Notes: generated from the sequence alone by a model not told the origin. Numbered from the stretch's first letter, positions 27,236 to 43,214 are shown. The stretch: DNA of 64,000 bases from the human T2T-CHM13v2.0 reference genome, Homo sapiens (GCF_009914755.1 NC_060936.1), one strand, 5' to 3'. Made by a program: numbers and translations.

Positions 27236-29150
27236 GAAAATAAGAATACTCATGTGTTAAATAAGATAAATGAGATGGCAGATTCCACGACAGAAAATCT
27301 TTTGTAAAGTTCTCTGACTAAAACTAGAATCCTCTACCTAAAACTTATACATTAATTAATTTTTTAAATGTTCAGACCTCACAGCATTTGAGAGAAAGTA
27401 ATCAAAATACGAATTTTCCGTGTACAATACAAAACTTTTTTTTTTTAATTGAGTAATCTCTCCTTTTTCTTGCCCTTAGAAGGGGAAAATCTCCTCAGAT
27501 TATATGAGAAGAGGATTGGAAGCCTTGCAATTCAAGATGATTTATCAAGATAGAAAGTCTAAGGTCAAGAATGAAATGAAATTAATAATGTCAGCCAAAC
27601 CACTGGTGATCACTAACAGTCACGCTAACAGTCAAATGAGACAGCTTTTCCAGAGCCAAGGCTGGCTGCCTGATTTACAGTGCAGGAATAGAATATTTTG
27701 GTTTGGGTTAGAAAAAATGTGAAATGGCTGAGACCCAAATATGTATAGGTTGGATTCTTTCATAAAGAACTCTGTTCTTAATTTGTTGTCAAAAATCTCA
27801 AAGTAACAAGAACCGAGCTTGTATATATAAGCTATTACAGAACTGAATACGAATAAAATTCTGCCTGGTTTATGAAGATTTTAAGAGAAGTTCACATTTA
27901 AATTTCTACGTGATCCAGGGGACCTATTGTAAACAGAAAAAAATGCCACAATAGCTTCTAGTCTGCCATTTTATAATTAGAAAATTTGAACCTCATATGC
28001 CATTTTATGAAAGGAGGTTAAATGAGGAAGTAGGTGGGACTGGAGTGGATTTTTTTATGACTCAGACATTCTCCCAGGGAGCAAAACACGGAGATATTGA
28101 AACTGTCTCTTTCTGAATAAAGCCAGGCTTGCTGGCTTTAGCCACCTGCTCTCAAGGTTAGGTGGGATGCCAAGGTGGTGCACCTGTCATTTTGACCCAC
28201 CAGCACGCTTGAACCTCCCCACTTATAGCCTCCTGTCTTCAAAGCAGGTTCAGGCTTAAGGAATACTTTTCTGCAGACAACTCTTGAGCAGGAAAAATCC
28301 CAGAGAGCCAAGCAGCACCAGGGAAACAGCAGACAAACAGAACCCGGCTCGGCGTTGAGAGCTGGGGGTAGTTCCAAGGACATTGCAAGAAATCACCTCA
28401 GATAATGTTGCACTTGTGTTCATCAAATATGTACTTGAAACCCACGTTCATCTCTTCTATACATTGCCCTTGATGAAAAACAGCTGCAAACTTGGATTAT
28501 TCTGCAAGGACAGAAGTATGTTATTTGAAGATATGATGACACCGGCACGACTTAATGTAATCAAGTCAGAGTTTATAAATATGTACCGGCAGAATGGAGG
28601 GAAAACCATCACTCTCATACCTCAGGGCTATGGATGTCTCCTGAGGGAGATCCATTTCTGGCTGTGACCTGAAGCAAAGGTAGGGGTGATTTCCTTGAGG
28701 CCACAGTATCAGAACAGTAAAATCTGTTGTGAAATGTCCATCAACCAGACACCCTTCCCTCCTATCTGAGCCTTGACTCCACCAAAACATTCTGTCCAGC
28801 TTGGTGAAGCCCCTTAAATATTTTATTTCAATCACCATGGAGACCTTAGAAACAAAACCCAGCAACAGAAGAGCAAGGGTTAGTCACGACTGCAGATCAT
28901 CAGCTCTCCCTGGTGCTGAGGCAGGAGTGCCCGTCCCTTGAACTCCTCATCACACACCTGCCACATTCCGTGTGAACATGTCAAACCCTCAAGCCTGCTC
29001 AATTAATCACCCTGCCTGAGAATCTATGAAACAAAGTTCACATTACCCAGAGAGCCACATGAAGGGCCCTCTGAGGTCAGAATGCAAGACCAAACAAAAT
29101 TAATGTGCCTGCCACATCCATCATCTTGTAATCTGCTTCCAGTTCCATAA

Positions 29151-29599
<449 letters not shown>

Positions 29600-30035
29600 T
29601 AGATGTTTCTTCATATACCCTAAATATAAAATTTGATTTACCCTAAGAACAAGGAATACACTGTTAATTTTTCAGTGACTAATAACTGATGAGGCCACGT
29701 TAAGGAAGATGATACAACTATCATTGTACTAAACTATTTTGTAATCATTCAAGGGAATGAATGCTTAAAATAATGAATCAGTAGGATTACACGCACTTAA
29801 AATTATAACACAGTATACTGTATTTTATATTACCATGCAGTTACTTTTCGTTTTAATTTCTGAGCATGTTATGAGTACCTAAAAGGAAGTATTGCTACCC
29901 GTTTCATTCAGGAAGAAAGGAGATTCAGAGACAGAGTGTGAGGGGAAACTAGAGGTCAAATGACTCATGACTGGGCTGGGCTGGGAGAAATCCACATCAC
30001 ACTCCTATTTTCCTCTCATAGTTGATACTATTTTC

Positions 30036-30338
30036 TCCACCCCCCTCCCTGCCAAGATGGAGTCTTGCTCTGTTGCCCAGGCTGGAGTTGCAGTGGCACA
30101 ATCTCGGCTTACTGCAACCTCCGCCTCCCAGGTTCAAGCAATTCTCCTGCCTCAGCCTCTTGAGTAGCAGGGATTAGAGGCGCGTGCCACCATACCCAGC
30201 TGATTTTTTTTGGTATTTTTAGTAGAGATGGGGTTTCACCATGTTGGCCAGGCTGGTCTCGAACTCCTGACCTTGTGATCTGCCCACCTTGGCCTCTCAA
30301 AGTGCTAGGATTACAGGTGTGAGCCACCATGCCTGGCC
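30036..30338 (-). mobile_element. AluS (Sg/Sc-like) with a non-A tail
   Basis: Antisense dimer; TSD gatactattttc (30024-30035 / 30339-30350). Confidence 0.9.
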
Positions 30339-30731
30339 GATACTATTTTCAAGATTTTACACTATTAATCTCTAATTCCCTCAAGTATTTACCATAAAGA
30401 TTTCACCATAAGATTATTTTATGCTATGAATATTCTAACTCAGGGTATTTTATGTTCTGAGTATTTAAACTCCTGATGTCTGAGGAGAAATGTTTTTAGT
30501 TATAAACTAGAGTAACCCATTTGATTTAGGAGTAAGGATTAAAAAGGATATGGGCAGCATTTTCACCTTTTAAAAATTCAGACATTAGGTTCGGTTCTGT
30601 GGACTAATAGTGTCCACACTGATTGTTTAAGGGCGACACCAAATTATGCATTAATCTTAGCAACGTTAGAAATGGTTCTTAAATAAAAACGAGGAAAAAA
30701 ATTACCCTGGTTTGCAGGCCAGTGGGATCTT

Positions 30732-31115
30732 TGCTACCGACTGAATGTATCTCCCCAAAACTCACATGTTGAAGCCAAATCCCCAGTGTGATGGCATTTA
30801 GATGTGGGGCCTTTGGGAAGTGATTAGGTCATGAGGGTAGAGCCCTCATAAATGGGATTAGAGCCCTTATAAAAGAGGCTCCAGGGAGCATCCTTGTGCC
30901 TTCTGCCACATGAATTTTTTTTTTTTTTTTAAAGAAAATAAAAAAAAAAGACGGCTGCCTACAAATCAGGAAGTAGAGCCCTCACCAGACCTTGACTCTA
31001 CCAGCACCTTGATGTTGGACTTCCCAGCCTCTACATCTGTGAGAAATTAATTCTGTTGTTTATTAACTACCCAGTTTATGGTTTTTTGCTACAGCAGCCC
31101 AAACAGATGAAGACA
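30732..31115 (+). mobile_element. MaLR LTR (MLT1A0-like)
   Basis: tgctaccgactgaatgtatctccccaaaactcacatgttgaa, ggacttcccagcctc, cagcagcccaaacagatgaagaca. Confidence 0.85.
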
Positions 31116-31541
31116 GATTTGTAGTGGTAAGACTTTAATTCCTCATACAATAGCTAAATGAGTAGTACTTTCTGTCACAAAACAGTACGGCATGTATTAG
31201 TCCTTACACAGACTTCTGAAGTTTTCTATCCCATTACTGTTGAAGAAATTGGGAGTCACTGAAGTTCCTTGTGGAAATTACATACACTTACGTGAGATCT
31301 GAAGCCACATGCATCTTATTTCAACCATCCCAAAATATACCGCTGACATTTGGGAATCTGAAAATGTCAGCATTCCTATACTTCCCCCAACCAAGTTAAC
31401 CTCCCAGGTCCATTCTTGTAACATGAAAAGATGAAATCATTTTAAAACAGAAAGTGCAAAAAGTTAACTTATTATTCATTGCCTCTTGTAGGAAAACAGA
31501 AACCTGAATAGGAAATGGGTTTCAATAAAGAGCAGGAGGTG

Positions 31542-31846
31542 GGCTGTGCATAGTGGCTCACGCTTGTAACCCCCAGCAATTTGGGAGGCTGAGGTGAGAG
31601 GATTGCTTGAGCCCAGGAGTTTAAGACCAGCCCTGGCAAGACAGTGAGACCCCCCCATCTCTACAAAAGAAAAAAATAATTAGCCAGGCACGGTGGTGCA
31701 CCTGTAGTCCTAGCTAAACAGAGGCTGAGGTAGGAGGATTTGTTGGGCCTAGGAGGTTGAGGCCACAGTGAGCCATGGTTGTGCTACTACAGTTTAGACT
31801 GGACGACAGAGTGAAACCCTGTCTCAAAACAAAAAACAAAAAAACA
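31542..31846 (+). mobile_element. AluJ
   Basis: Diverged dimer with a CA-interrupted A-tail. Confidence 0.9.
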
Positions 31847-31984
31847 ACGGAAGGTGAGGATAGGATATAATAGAGGCAAGGGAGGCAAAGGCTTCATACC
31901 CTGCTGTGAAATGTTTGGGCGGAGGGCAGAAGAGAAAGGACTGTTTGGTAATGATCTAGAAGTCAATATGAATATTGTTTTTAA

Positions 31985-32930
<946 letters not shown>

Positions 32931-34284
32931 GAGGCTAGCTATAACGAATTCTACTTGGAGGGATCCTTGCAGCTCAGAGGCCCTTGGTGGCCCTATCGTC
33001 CAGCTCTCCATTTCACAAGTGATAAACCGAGGTCAGGAAAGGTTAAGAAACTTGCACAAAACTGTCCAGCTGGTAACACAGCTGGGGCCAGAATGAAGAT
33101 CTGAAGGCTGCAGTGGGGTCCTTTCCACCGGCCTAGACTACCAAAGAAAATGACGAGGTCTGAAGCCTGGATTCCCTAGTAGTGGTTTCAAGTTTATCAG
33201 CTTAAGACACCACCACAAAGGTTAGAAAGCAACAGTAGGTGAAAGATTGAAGTACTGTTTTTACAGTCATTTTGGATTCCTGCTGTCTTATACACCAAAT
33301 AAGTAGTTAAAGTGACACAGTTCATAGAATAAAATGAATGAAAACACAGACATGGAAATGGAAGGAAAGTGCAGAGCTGCTTTCTAAATCAACCAAATTA
33401 ATTAAATCCTGACCACAAATACTGAAATGCAGAGATGCAAAGTCCTTTTTGAGTAGCCTGGATCAATTGTTTCCTAAGAGCAGATGGGCACTACTTTAGC
33501 TGTGTTGTCTACAAAGAAATCCAGTTGGCGAGAAAATATTTCATCCACAGAACTATGATTCACAGGGTTAGTTCCTAGAGGTATCTGCCCCAAGGCCACC
33601 TGGGATGATTACCAGAGTCACTTTAAACCAAGATTCTAAGCCTAATACCCTTGCCCCTGGAATTTGAAGACAAGGAAGTGAGTCTATTCTGTTTCCCAGA
33701 AAACTGAGCCCGCTCATAATTTCATTCCAAAGAGAATAATCTACATAGAGAACTTATTTTCAGGATAGAAACAGATTTTCTGACACCTGCACCTTTTCCA
33801 AAGGGCCTGTAAGACTTCATATCTGAGCATGAAGTAGTGGCATGTCAGCAGAGACCTCAGAGCTGCCACGTGGGCAGATTCTTCCTCACAACGGGAATCA
33901 GACCAAGTTCCCTGTTTGAGTTAAAGTGAGTAGCGGGCCATGGAAGAAGGTATCTGTGTTTTTCAAAACTGCATTTCACATTGTACATAAGAAGCCATTA
34001 AAAAAAAAAAAAAAACAAAAAAAACAAAACCAGAGCACACCATGTCTTCAATTGGTCACAGATGGGAGAAAATCAGCCGCAATAATAAATTCACGGAGGT
34101 GGAGTGTGTCGTCACACACGGAGCCAGGATGTGTGATCCAGAAGGTGTGTGTGGGGGAGTTAATACCATATGTCATTTGAATGCGGTGAGCCTGCTCCCA
34201 TGTCAGTAGCAACGTGTTCCTCCAGAACAGCTCCGATGCCATCCCTGATGCCACTGCCCTCTGCCAAGCCTAGATGACTCTTAC

Positions 34285-34369
34285 CAGGTACTGAAGTCGC
34301 TGGCGCTCCGTCTCGGGGGTAAATTCTGAAGACATGGGGATAATTTCTCCATTTCTGATGATTATGGCC
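34285..34369 (-). CDS. PPM1H: PPM1H internal coding exon (probably exon 5; 85 bp, phase 2 to 0)
   Basis: Minus strand reads ...ttcaccatttcag|GGCCATAATC...CAGTACCTG|gtaaga. It translates to (R)AIIIRNGEIIPMSSEFTPETERQRLQYL, the segment following the PP2C GDSR motif in PPM1H. Confidence 0.97.
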
Positions 34370-34716
34370 CTGAAATGGTGAAAATGCATTGTCAGTAGCC
34401 AATCTCATAAATGCTCTGATTCTGTTACAACCATTGCTTGGTTCAGGTCACACATGAAATGCCAAGAGATGTTTTTGTTTTCCCACTTGCATGGCAGAGT
34501 TCACTGTTCCCAGCTCTGAATCCCTCACCACATGAGAGGCATCTCTCTTTTAAGTGCATTGCATTCTAGTTAGCTTATGTTTATGTTTTCTGCTAGCTGG
34601 AAGTGTGCCTTAATGCTCCAGCCCCAACCATACTTCTTGGCACATAACAAATGCTCGGTGAATAAATGGACGGATGGATGAATGAATGAGTGATGCAACA
34701 GAGTCTTGCTCTAGCC

Positions 34717-34930
34717 CAGGGTTATCGAATAGCACCTTTTGTGATCATGGTAATGTTTTTGTTTGTGCAGTCCAATATGGCAGGCACTAACCACATGCGG
34801 GTACTAGGCACTTAAATTGTGGTTAGTGCAGGCAAGGAACTGAATTTTTCGTTTTATTGAAGTTTAATGAACTTAGCTTTAAATTTAAGCGGTCACATAT
34901 GGCTAGTGTTGAATGTATTTGACAGTGCAG
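34717..34930. mobile_element. MER3 (hAT-Charlie)
   Basis: tccaatatggcaggcactaaccacatg ... cacatatggctagtg ... gacagtgcag; ctctag on both sides. Confidence 0.75.
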
Positions 34931-34936
34931 CTCTAG

Positions 34937-35100
34937 ATCCCTGTTACTCCAATGATGCTGTGGGCCAGCAGCATTGGCTTCACCTGGGAGCTTGTTAGAA
35001 ATGCAGAATCTCAGGTTCCACCCTGAGATTACTGCATCAAAATCTGCATTGTAATAAGATCCCCTGGTGATTCATAAGCACAGGGATGTCTGAGAATGTG
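34937..35100. mobile_element. MER5A (hAT-Charlie)
   Basis: cacctgggagcttgttagaaatgcagaatctcagg ... aatctgcatt ... aagatcccctggtgattc. Confidence 0.85.
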
Positions 35101-35760
35101 TGGCCTACACTGTTGAATTTCTAGGGTGATATCCTGGGTCCAGGGGGAAAAAAAAAACCAAAACCACTCATCTCAAGGCTCAGGAAACTCATACACTCCA
35201 AAAAGTGTATCTAAGAGCTATTGCCCAGTCAAGGACTTTTGAGGGAACGGCGTTCCCCAAAGCAGATGTCTATAGGAGAGGCTGCAGGATCGATAACCAT
35301 GAGCAACCTTTCCTGGGTCTATTCCCAGCGGTGCCTCCTGTTCCCAGACCTTCTGATTCCAAAGTGGTTCCTGACAGCCACTTTTCAGCTATCGATCGGT
35401 TGTGGCAGAATGTTGCCATTTCTACAACAAATGGAAGTGGCTTGGGGAATTGCATTCTATATGAACCCAACAGCTCCCAGGCATCAGGGAGCTAGAGACC
35501 TGAGACCTGACATGCTTCTCAGTGAGGAGCCACCAACATGGGAAATGCCTTCGATCAGCTCAGATCTGAGTGGATGCCTCCTTCATTCTAGGGAGGCTGC
35601 ATTCTTTGTGCCAAGAAGCCTCTGGGCATCCCTCTCTCCCAGTGCAGAGGCAGTTCCTGACTTGGAAACAATCCCTATAAATGGCTGCAGCTGTCATGAC
35701 CCCACCCCCAACCCCTCACCACCTGTGCCCTAGTTGCTGCTGTCATAGAAACGGGAAAGT

Positions 35761-35793
35761 GGGGGGTCGGGGCGGGGGCGGCGGAGGGGCGGG
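35761..35793 (+). other. G-quadruplex motif / GC-box cluster
   Basis: gggggg-tc-gggg-c-ggggg-cggcgga-gggg-c-ggg: five G-tracts of 3 or more, containing GGGCGG boxes. Confidence 0.75.
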
Positions 35794-36699
35794 CAGCGCA
35801 TCCAGGAAGGGAAGGAGTGATGACAAAAATCTTAGGGGTTTTAGAGAACTTATGACTCTAGGAAAAAAAAAAACAGTGGAAGCTGTGAGAAAATGGAAAA
35901 GTTTAGGGGAACTGACTGTGAGAAGATGAGGCCTCTTATAATACTCCTTATCACTTTTATTATGCTGTCTGAAATATGACAAGTTAAAGATTCCTTCTTA
36001 TAAACAGGAGCCACTTGTCAAATGCAATCACTATTACCCCACCCCCACTAAGGTGTTATCCACCATTCACAAATCAGTGTGAATTAATTCCAATGGTCTT
36101 TGTTCTAATTACCAGGTGAGTATGACTATAACAAGGGAGTAGGAGTTTTGACAGGATGGAGAAACACAGGAGAATTTGAAAGGGGGCGGGGTCAGGAAAT
36201 TCTAGGTTTGGGCCTAATCTTACAGGATCTAGAGGGCCCCTGAGAATTCGGGGAGCTGGAGTGAAAGTTATTATGTGATAAATTCCAAAGATAATCTCCT
36301 CTTTCAAGATTTTGCCTAAAGCTACTCTTAACTTTTTCCTCTTTTTCTGCACGGCCCCTGAATTGCAGTTGAATTCCCAGGCATGGACTAGGAAGAGCCA
36401 GCGATGCCCAATCAGGCCATGGAAGCATCTCCTCTAGGACCTGAGTGCCAGGAGCTCAGGGGCCTGGTAACGCCAAAGGCTTAGGTCATGCCTGTCACAA
36501 AGCAGGGGCCCAGTGAATGTTTGCTGATTAAAGGAGCAGATGAAAGAACTTAGAAGAAACTGTTCCTTGAATTTGAGGCCCGAAGAGAAAAGAACTAAAA
36601 GGCAGCAGATGTTCACTTAACCAAGTCACACGGGGTAGATTTTACAGAGGAAAGAGGGGCCTTCAGCTAGACACTCACTGCTCCTCAGCTATCTTTTCC

Positions 36700-38610
36700 T
36701 CTTCTCTTCCTGACCGGAGCTCCTCTCTGTCACTTCCCACACCTCGGGGTTCTCCCAATGTCAGTTACTCCCACTCCTGTATTTCTGACCTCTCTTTCCA
36801 CTGGATCTCTGCCCATAGAACAAAACCATGCTAAAGCATTCTGTTTAAAATCAAAGTAAAACCAAAACCAAACAGATGATACTCTCCTAATCCGAACTCC
36901 ACCTTTGAAATGTCCTTTTTTCTTTCCTAAGAACCTAAGCCTCAGAAATTGATAATAATCTACATTCAGGGTCTATCTACTCCCTCGCCTCCCATGGATC
37001 CCTCAAACAGAGGTAAATTAACTTCTTGCCTCCCTCTACACCCAGCTACTGTCACCTGAGTCAACAAATGGCCCTTTTGTTGCTACATCCCTTGGGCATG
37101 CCATCATTCTGATCTCCCAGGCAGCATCTGACTGTCTCCTAACCCTGGCACCAGGGATACAACTTCTTCTCCTGGTTTCCCTCCTAACTTCCGGGACATT
37201 CTCTCTCCAACTTCTCCGTCCCTTCTTTGCTGTTGTGGACTAGGATTCTGTCTCAGTATTCTCCCTGGGTGCTCTCATTCCCTAAATTCTCAGCCACCAA
37301 GGTTAGGTTAGGTTAGACCCCTATCCCTCCATACGTGTTCCCTTAGCCTGGTCCCTCTCTTAATACAGAACTCATCACATTTTATAATTGATTACTTAAC
37401 TGTCTGCTTTCCACGCTAGCCTGTAAGCTGGACAAGAACCATGCCTGTCTTGATCGACACTGCAGCCCTACTACTGCACACGGTGCCAGGCCATTGTAGG
37501 CAGGGCTATGTAACTTCAGGGTCCAGCGCAAAATGAAAACACAGGCCCCTGATTAAAAAATGCAGAATTTCAAGACAGCCACAGCAGAGCATTACACCAA
37601 ATGTGAAGTCCTTCGGAGAGCAGGGCCCTGTGTGGTGCACAGGTTGCATGCTCACAAAGATAGCCCTGAGTGTATACTCTTAATATCTGCTGCATGGATA
37701 AATAGCTCCAACAACGACATATGCTGGTGAGTCCAGACAACCTTTCTAGCCCACATATCTCTGTTGTGCTCGGCCTGGAACAGCCAACTGCCAACGGATA
37801 TATCCACTTCGATATATTCACTGGCATTTCATACTTAATAAGGTTCAAAATTAATGATCCTGTCCCCAGCCCCCTCCCAAATCTGTCTTCTAGCATTCTC
37901 TATCTCCGGGAACCAAACAATTTTCCACCTAGTTGCTCGTCCCAGAAGACAGGCAGCCATTCTAGACTCCTCCCTTTTCTCACCCCATATGTCCAAATAG
38001 GCACCCAGGCGTGTAGATTTCACCTCCTCAGCAGCACAGGAATCCCTCTCTTTCCTTGATTCCTGCTAGTGCCTTGGTTCTGGTTTCCATCAGAGCTTAC
38101 CTGCATGACTCAGGAGCTCTCCACTGCTTCCTCAGCCCCTGTTCTGCCCTCCTCTGCCCCGTGCTTCATAGGGTCACAAAGGTGATGTTAAAGCACCGCT
38201 CTCATCATGCCACATGTCTTACCGAAAGCCCTGTGATGGCTTCCCAGCTTTTCCAGTTTCCTTTATTATCTGGTTCTTGCCTGTATTTCTTGCTTTAGCC
38301 TCACTCTTGCTACTCCCTTCACATGGCTTCTTCCTTCTCATGGTTAGCCCATTTCTCTGAGTCAGCTCAGAACGCCTTCTGTTGTCCTCCTGGCCTACCC
38401 TCCATGCCCCTTCTCTGTGACCCCGTGGTGTCTATGCCTAGCTGTACCCTTACCAGTCCTTGCTATGACTGCTGGCTTCCATGGCTGTCTTGAACTACCC
38501 CGCGGATATTTTCCAGGCAGAGTCTATGTTGTTGTCTCTGAATCTCCAGTGCTCAGTGCCTGGCACGTGCCAGACGTGCAACAATTGCTTGCTGATGGAT
38601 AAGTGGCTAA
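36700..38610 (+). mobile_element. Degenerate L2 fragments
   Basis: Pyrimidine-rich L2 body and two L2 3' ends (ctagcctgtaagct...; ccagtgctcagtgcctggcacg). Confidence 0.6.
37501..37668 (-). mobile_element. MER45A (hAT-Tip100), inserted in an L2 3' end
   Basis: Termini cagggcta...tagccctg form an inverted repeat; internal gaatttcaagacagccacagcagagcatta. Confidence 0.8.
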
Positions 38611-39851
38611 ATAGATGAAGGGGGAGCTGGACTTGAGTGGAGGAACAGAAGAATCCAGAAATGAGGGCCCTACATAAGACTTTTCTTAGTAGCAATATTA
38701 TATAACTTATAGTCTGAGCCCTTAAAAATCCATACGCCTTTTTGTTGGTTTTGCAAAAAGACGGCAGGCCTAAGAGGACAGTGTTCTGGCTGAGTTGCCA
38801 CCGAGAAGCTCCTTGAAATACAAAGGGAAACAAGGCAGTGCCTCTCTCCTTAGTGGGCAAGGCAGGGAGGGGGCAGCAATGGTAGCAGCTCACCATGTTT
38901 ACTTTGTTTTTTAATTTCAAATTCACACACAATGAGGTATCTGCGTTCCATTACAATATGACTGCCAGGGCAAGCCTAGTTTATTACTTTCTTAAATAGA
39001 TAATTATATCCAAATCCATCTATGTACAGAACATTTTTTCACTTCCGTTTGAACTACCAAGCTCTTCCTTTAAGAGGCATCCATGGATTAAAGATGACAG
39101 CATGTTCGACTGCCAACCTTCCCAGTGCCTACATCACGATGCCTCTTCCTATGTGATCCTTGGCTTCCTTTTGATCTTTCTCTCTTTCATCACTCTGATC
39201 TTGGGATCAATTTGTCAGAGTGCTGGTCTCCAATCTGGAGTAGGGCAATGAGACGAAAGGGGTTTCAAACGGAACGAAATGCATGTGAAAGCTGACAAAC
39301 CTCATACTAAACAATCAATAAAGTAGAGAAATGCCTTTAAAGCTACAGTCTGTCATCACAGGACCCCTGTACTTCCTAGCTTCTATTTCATTATTTTATG
39401 AGATGCTTTTCCTAAGGAAAATTAAGAAAAAAACAAAAACCAAATGCCGTGGCTGCGAGGGTGCAGGAGAGCTACGTATACACTCTGACCTTCCTTCTGG
39501 GGCCTCAGGCCTGGACTTGTGGATACCACCATGACCAGAATCTGAGTAACATTCCAGAGGTTAAACGAGAAAGTTGCCGGGGTTGAGGTGATTTAATCCA
39601 TTGGCAATCACCTCCCACCCAATAACCATTCCCATACAGAGGGGATGGGTTTTCAGCATATTATCCAATATTAAGGTTAGCCTTTCCTTTAAAGACTACA
39701 GCTGAAATTTATATGACATTAATTCCAGTAAAATCGATGGGGCGTTATTTGCGATACAATGAACAGTAAGGTTTAGGGTGTTCTTATGAGTCAACCGCAA
39801 GAATGGGAGAAAAGGAGGTAAAGCAAGGACATTAATAGTTTAAAAAACTCA

Positions 39852-40176
<325 letters not shown>

Positions 40177-40940
40177 TTAGCTACATGAGAGGATAAAGGT
40201 AATTTATTCCTAACCAATGAGAATTTTGAGTTACAGACTAATTCCTAGAAAATCCCGCTACTTCTCTCCTCTAATGTTATATTTTGGAGTTAAAAACACA
40301 TATCTTTATTCCCCTAGTCTAAATATTAAGTGGTTAAGAGAAACAGGGAGGGTAAAACAGGATGGTCACTTCGAATATTAACTTGATTTTACAATTTTTC
40401 TTAAAGGGATCATATTAACTCTTGTTAAATCTCAACTCAGTGTGATGTTCTCAGAGCAGGACTGACATGTGCCAACAGGTATTTAACAAACAAGCAGAAG
40501 AAAAAAAGCTGATAAAAAATATGATTAGGCAACTGACAGAAGGAAAAATGCAACGATTAATAAAGATATGAAAAGATGCTCAATCTCACTAGTCCATGAA
40601 AATGCACACTAAAGTAAAAGCAATATATAATTCTGCTCATTAGGTTGGGAAACATTAAAAAAACAACAATATATAGTTTTCATAGAGTAAAAGTCACTTT
40701 CATAATGGGAATGGAAATTGTTACACCTTTTACATTGATTACAATTATAATTACATATCCAATGGTTCAGTCATTCCACTTTTGGGAATACATGCTAAAG
40801 AAATAAAAGACTCAGTACATAGGATATACATACAATTCAGACTTTTGACGTTATTCATTGGGGCAAAGACTGGAAACAGCCTGAATGTCTGTCAAAAGGG
40901 GAACTGTTGAATGGATTGGTTTGTATTCTATAAGCCATTA

Positions 40941-41910
<970 letters not shown>

Positions 41911-41974
41911 ATATAATTATGTTTCAATGAGTGGCAAGGAAGTTATGGAAGTGGGAGAGAAAGTTAATTTTACT

Positions 41975-42142
41975 TTTTAAAAAATTTTATTATTTTTAAT
42001 TTTTTAAATTATTATTATTTTCTTTATAGAGACGAGGCCTCACTATGTTGCCTAGGCTCGTCGCGAATGCCTGGGCTCAAGCAATCCTCCCACCTCAGTC
42101 TCCCAAAGTGCTGGGATTACAGGCATGAGCCACCGCACCTGG
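41975..42142 (-). mobile_element. FLAM-type Alu monomer
   Basis: Left-arm monomer with a T-rich tail. Confidence 0.8.
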
Positions 42143-42689
42143 TTAACTTTTCTTTATATATTTTTGTATTATTTGACTGTTACAGGAAACGTATGCTCCT
42201 TTTGTAAGTTTGAAGAGGAACTGATTTGTCCAGATTTGGCTATGCAGTCACAGAAGACCTAGAGTCTTCCTGAATGCTGATTCATCTTTGTAATGTTACC
42301 ACCCTTCATGACCCCATGTGCCTCAAGCACCTCTCCATGAAGTTCTTCTACTAGGTGGCCCAACCACATCTCAGAGGCCATTATTTGGAGCTCAGGCACA
42401 GCAGCACAACTATCCTGCATCTGTTTCAGGAGCCACTAACTAAGAAGCCAGTGACTGAATCTTCTTAGAAAAATAAGAACTGGTTAAGCCTAAAACTGTC
42501 TGTACTTTTCTACATCACTTGTGCTTTATGGAAAGGACCCAGAAAAATAGGTTTAGAACTGCCAATCACATTCAAAATAAAAGTATAAGAAGAGGTTCCA
42601 AGTGAGGGATTAAATGCATGACTAAAGAATTCATCAGCTCTTTGATTGAAGGTTAGATCTTGTTAATCTTAGCCATATAAAGAAGTCTA

Positions 42690-42999
42690 GACCAGGCATG
42701 ACGGCTCACACCTATAATCCCAGCACTTGGGGAAGTCAAGGCAGGAAGATCACTTGAACCCAGGAGTTGGGACCAGCCTAGGCAACATACTGAGACCCTC
42801 GTCTCTACAAAAAAATAGAAAAAATTAGCCAGGCGTTGTGGTACATGCCCATAGTCCCAGCTACTCAGAAAGCTTAGATGGGAGGATCACTTGAGCCCAG
42901 AAAGTCAAGGCTATGATGAGCTATGATCATGCCACTGCACTCCAGCCTGGGCAACAGAGCAAGATCCTGTCTCAAAACAAAAACAAAAACAAAAACAAA
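42690..42999 (+). mobile_element. AluJ
   Basis: Diverged dimer with a (CAAAAA)n tail. Confidence 0.9.
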
Positions 43000-43188
43000 G
43001 TGTGAACAGGTGTGATCTTCCCCTGCAGCCTGAGCATTCTGTAACAGTCTGATACATATATTTCACTAGGCACCCAAGAACTGACTTGAAACTATGCCCA
43101 CAGGCTCTGACAGTATATATCCAGGTGTGATTTATTCAGTGGCCATAGGGAAATTTTCAATGTGTTCCATCAGTAACACTGATAAAGC

Positions 43189-43214
43189 AAAACCAAACCA
43201 AACCAAACCAAACC
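43189..43214 (+). repeat. (AAACC)n pentanucleotide repeat, about 5 copies
   Basis: aaaaccaaaccaaaccaaaccaaacc. Confidence 0.85.

Noticed and set aside
28383-28667. 94-aa ORF in repeat-free sequence
   Set aside because: Non-ATG start, no recognisable domain and no supporting gene structure.
31342-31371. 10-bp perfect inverted repeat (gctgacattt/aaatgtcagc)
   Set aside because: Too short for a pre-miRNA and expected about once by chance in a window this size.
34160-34408. 82-aa minus ORF (MRLATDNAF...) overlapping the PPM1H exon
   Set aside because: Wrong frame; the real exon is defined by its splice sites and reads RAIIIRNGE.
35221-35733. 170-aa + strand ORF
   Set aside because: Non-ATG start, no recognisable protein similarity, antisense intronic; plausible by chance in 64 kb.
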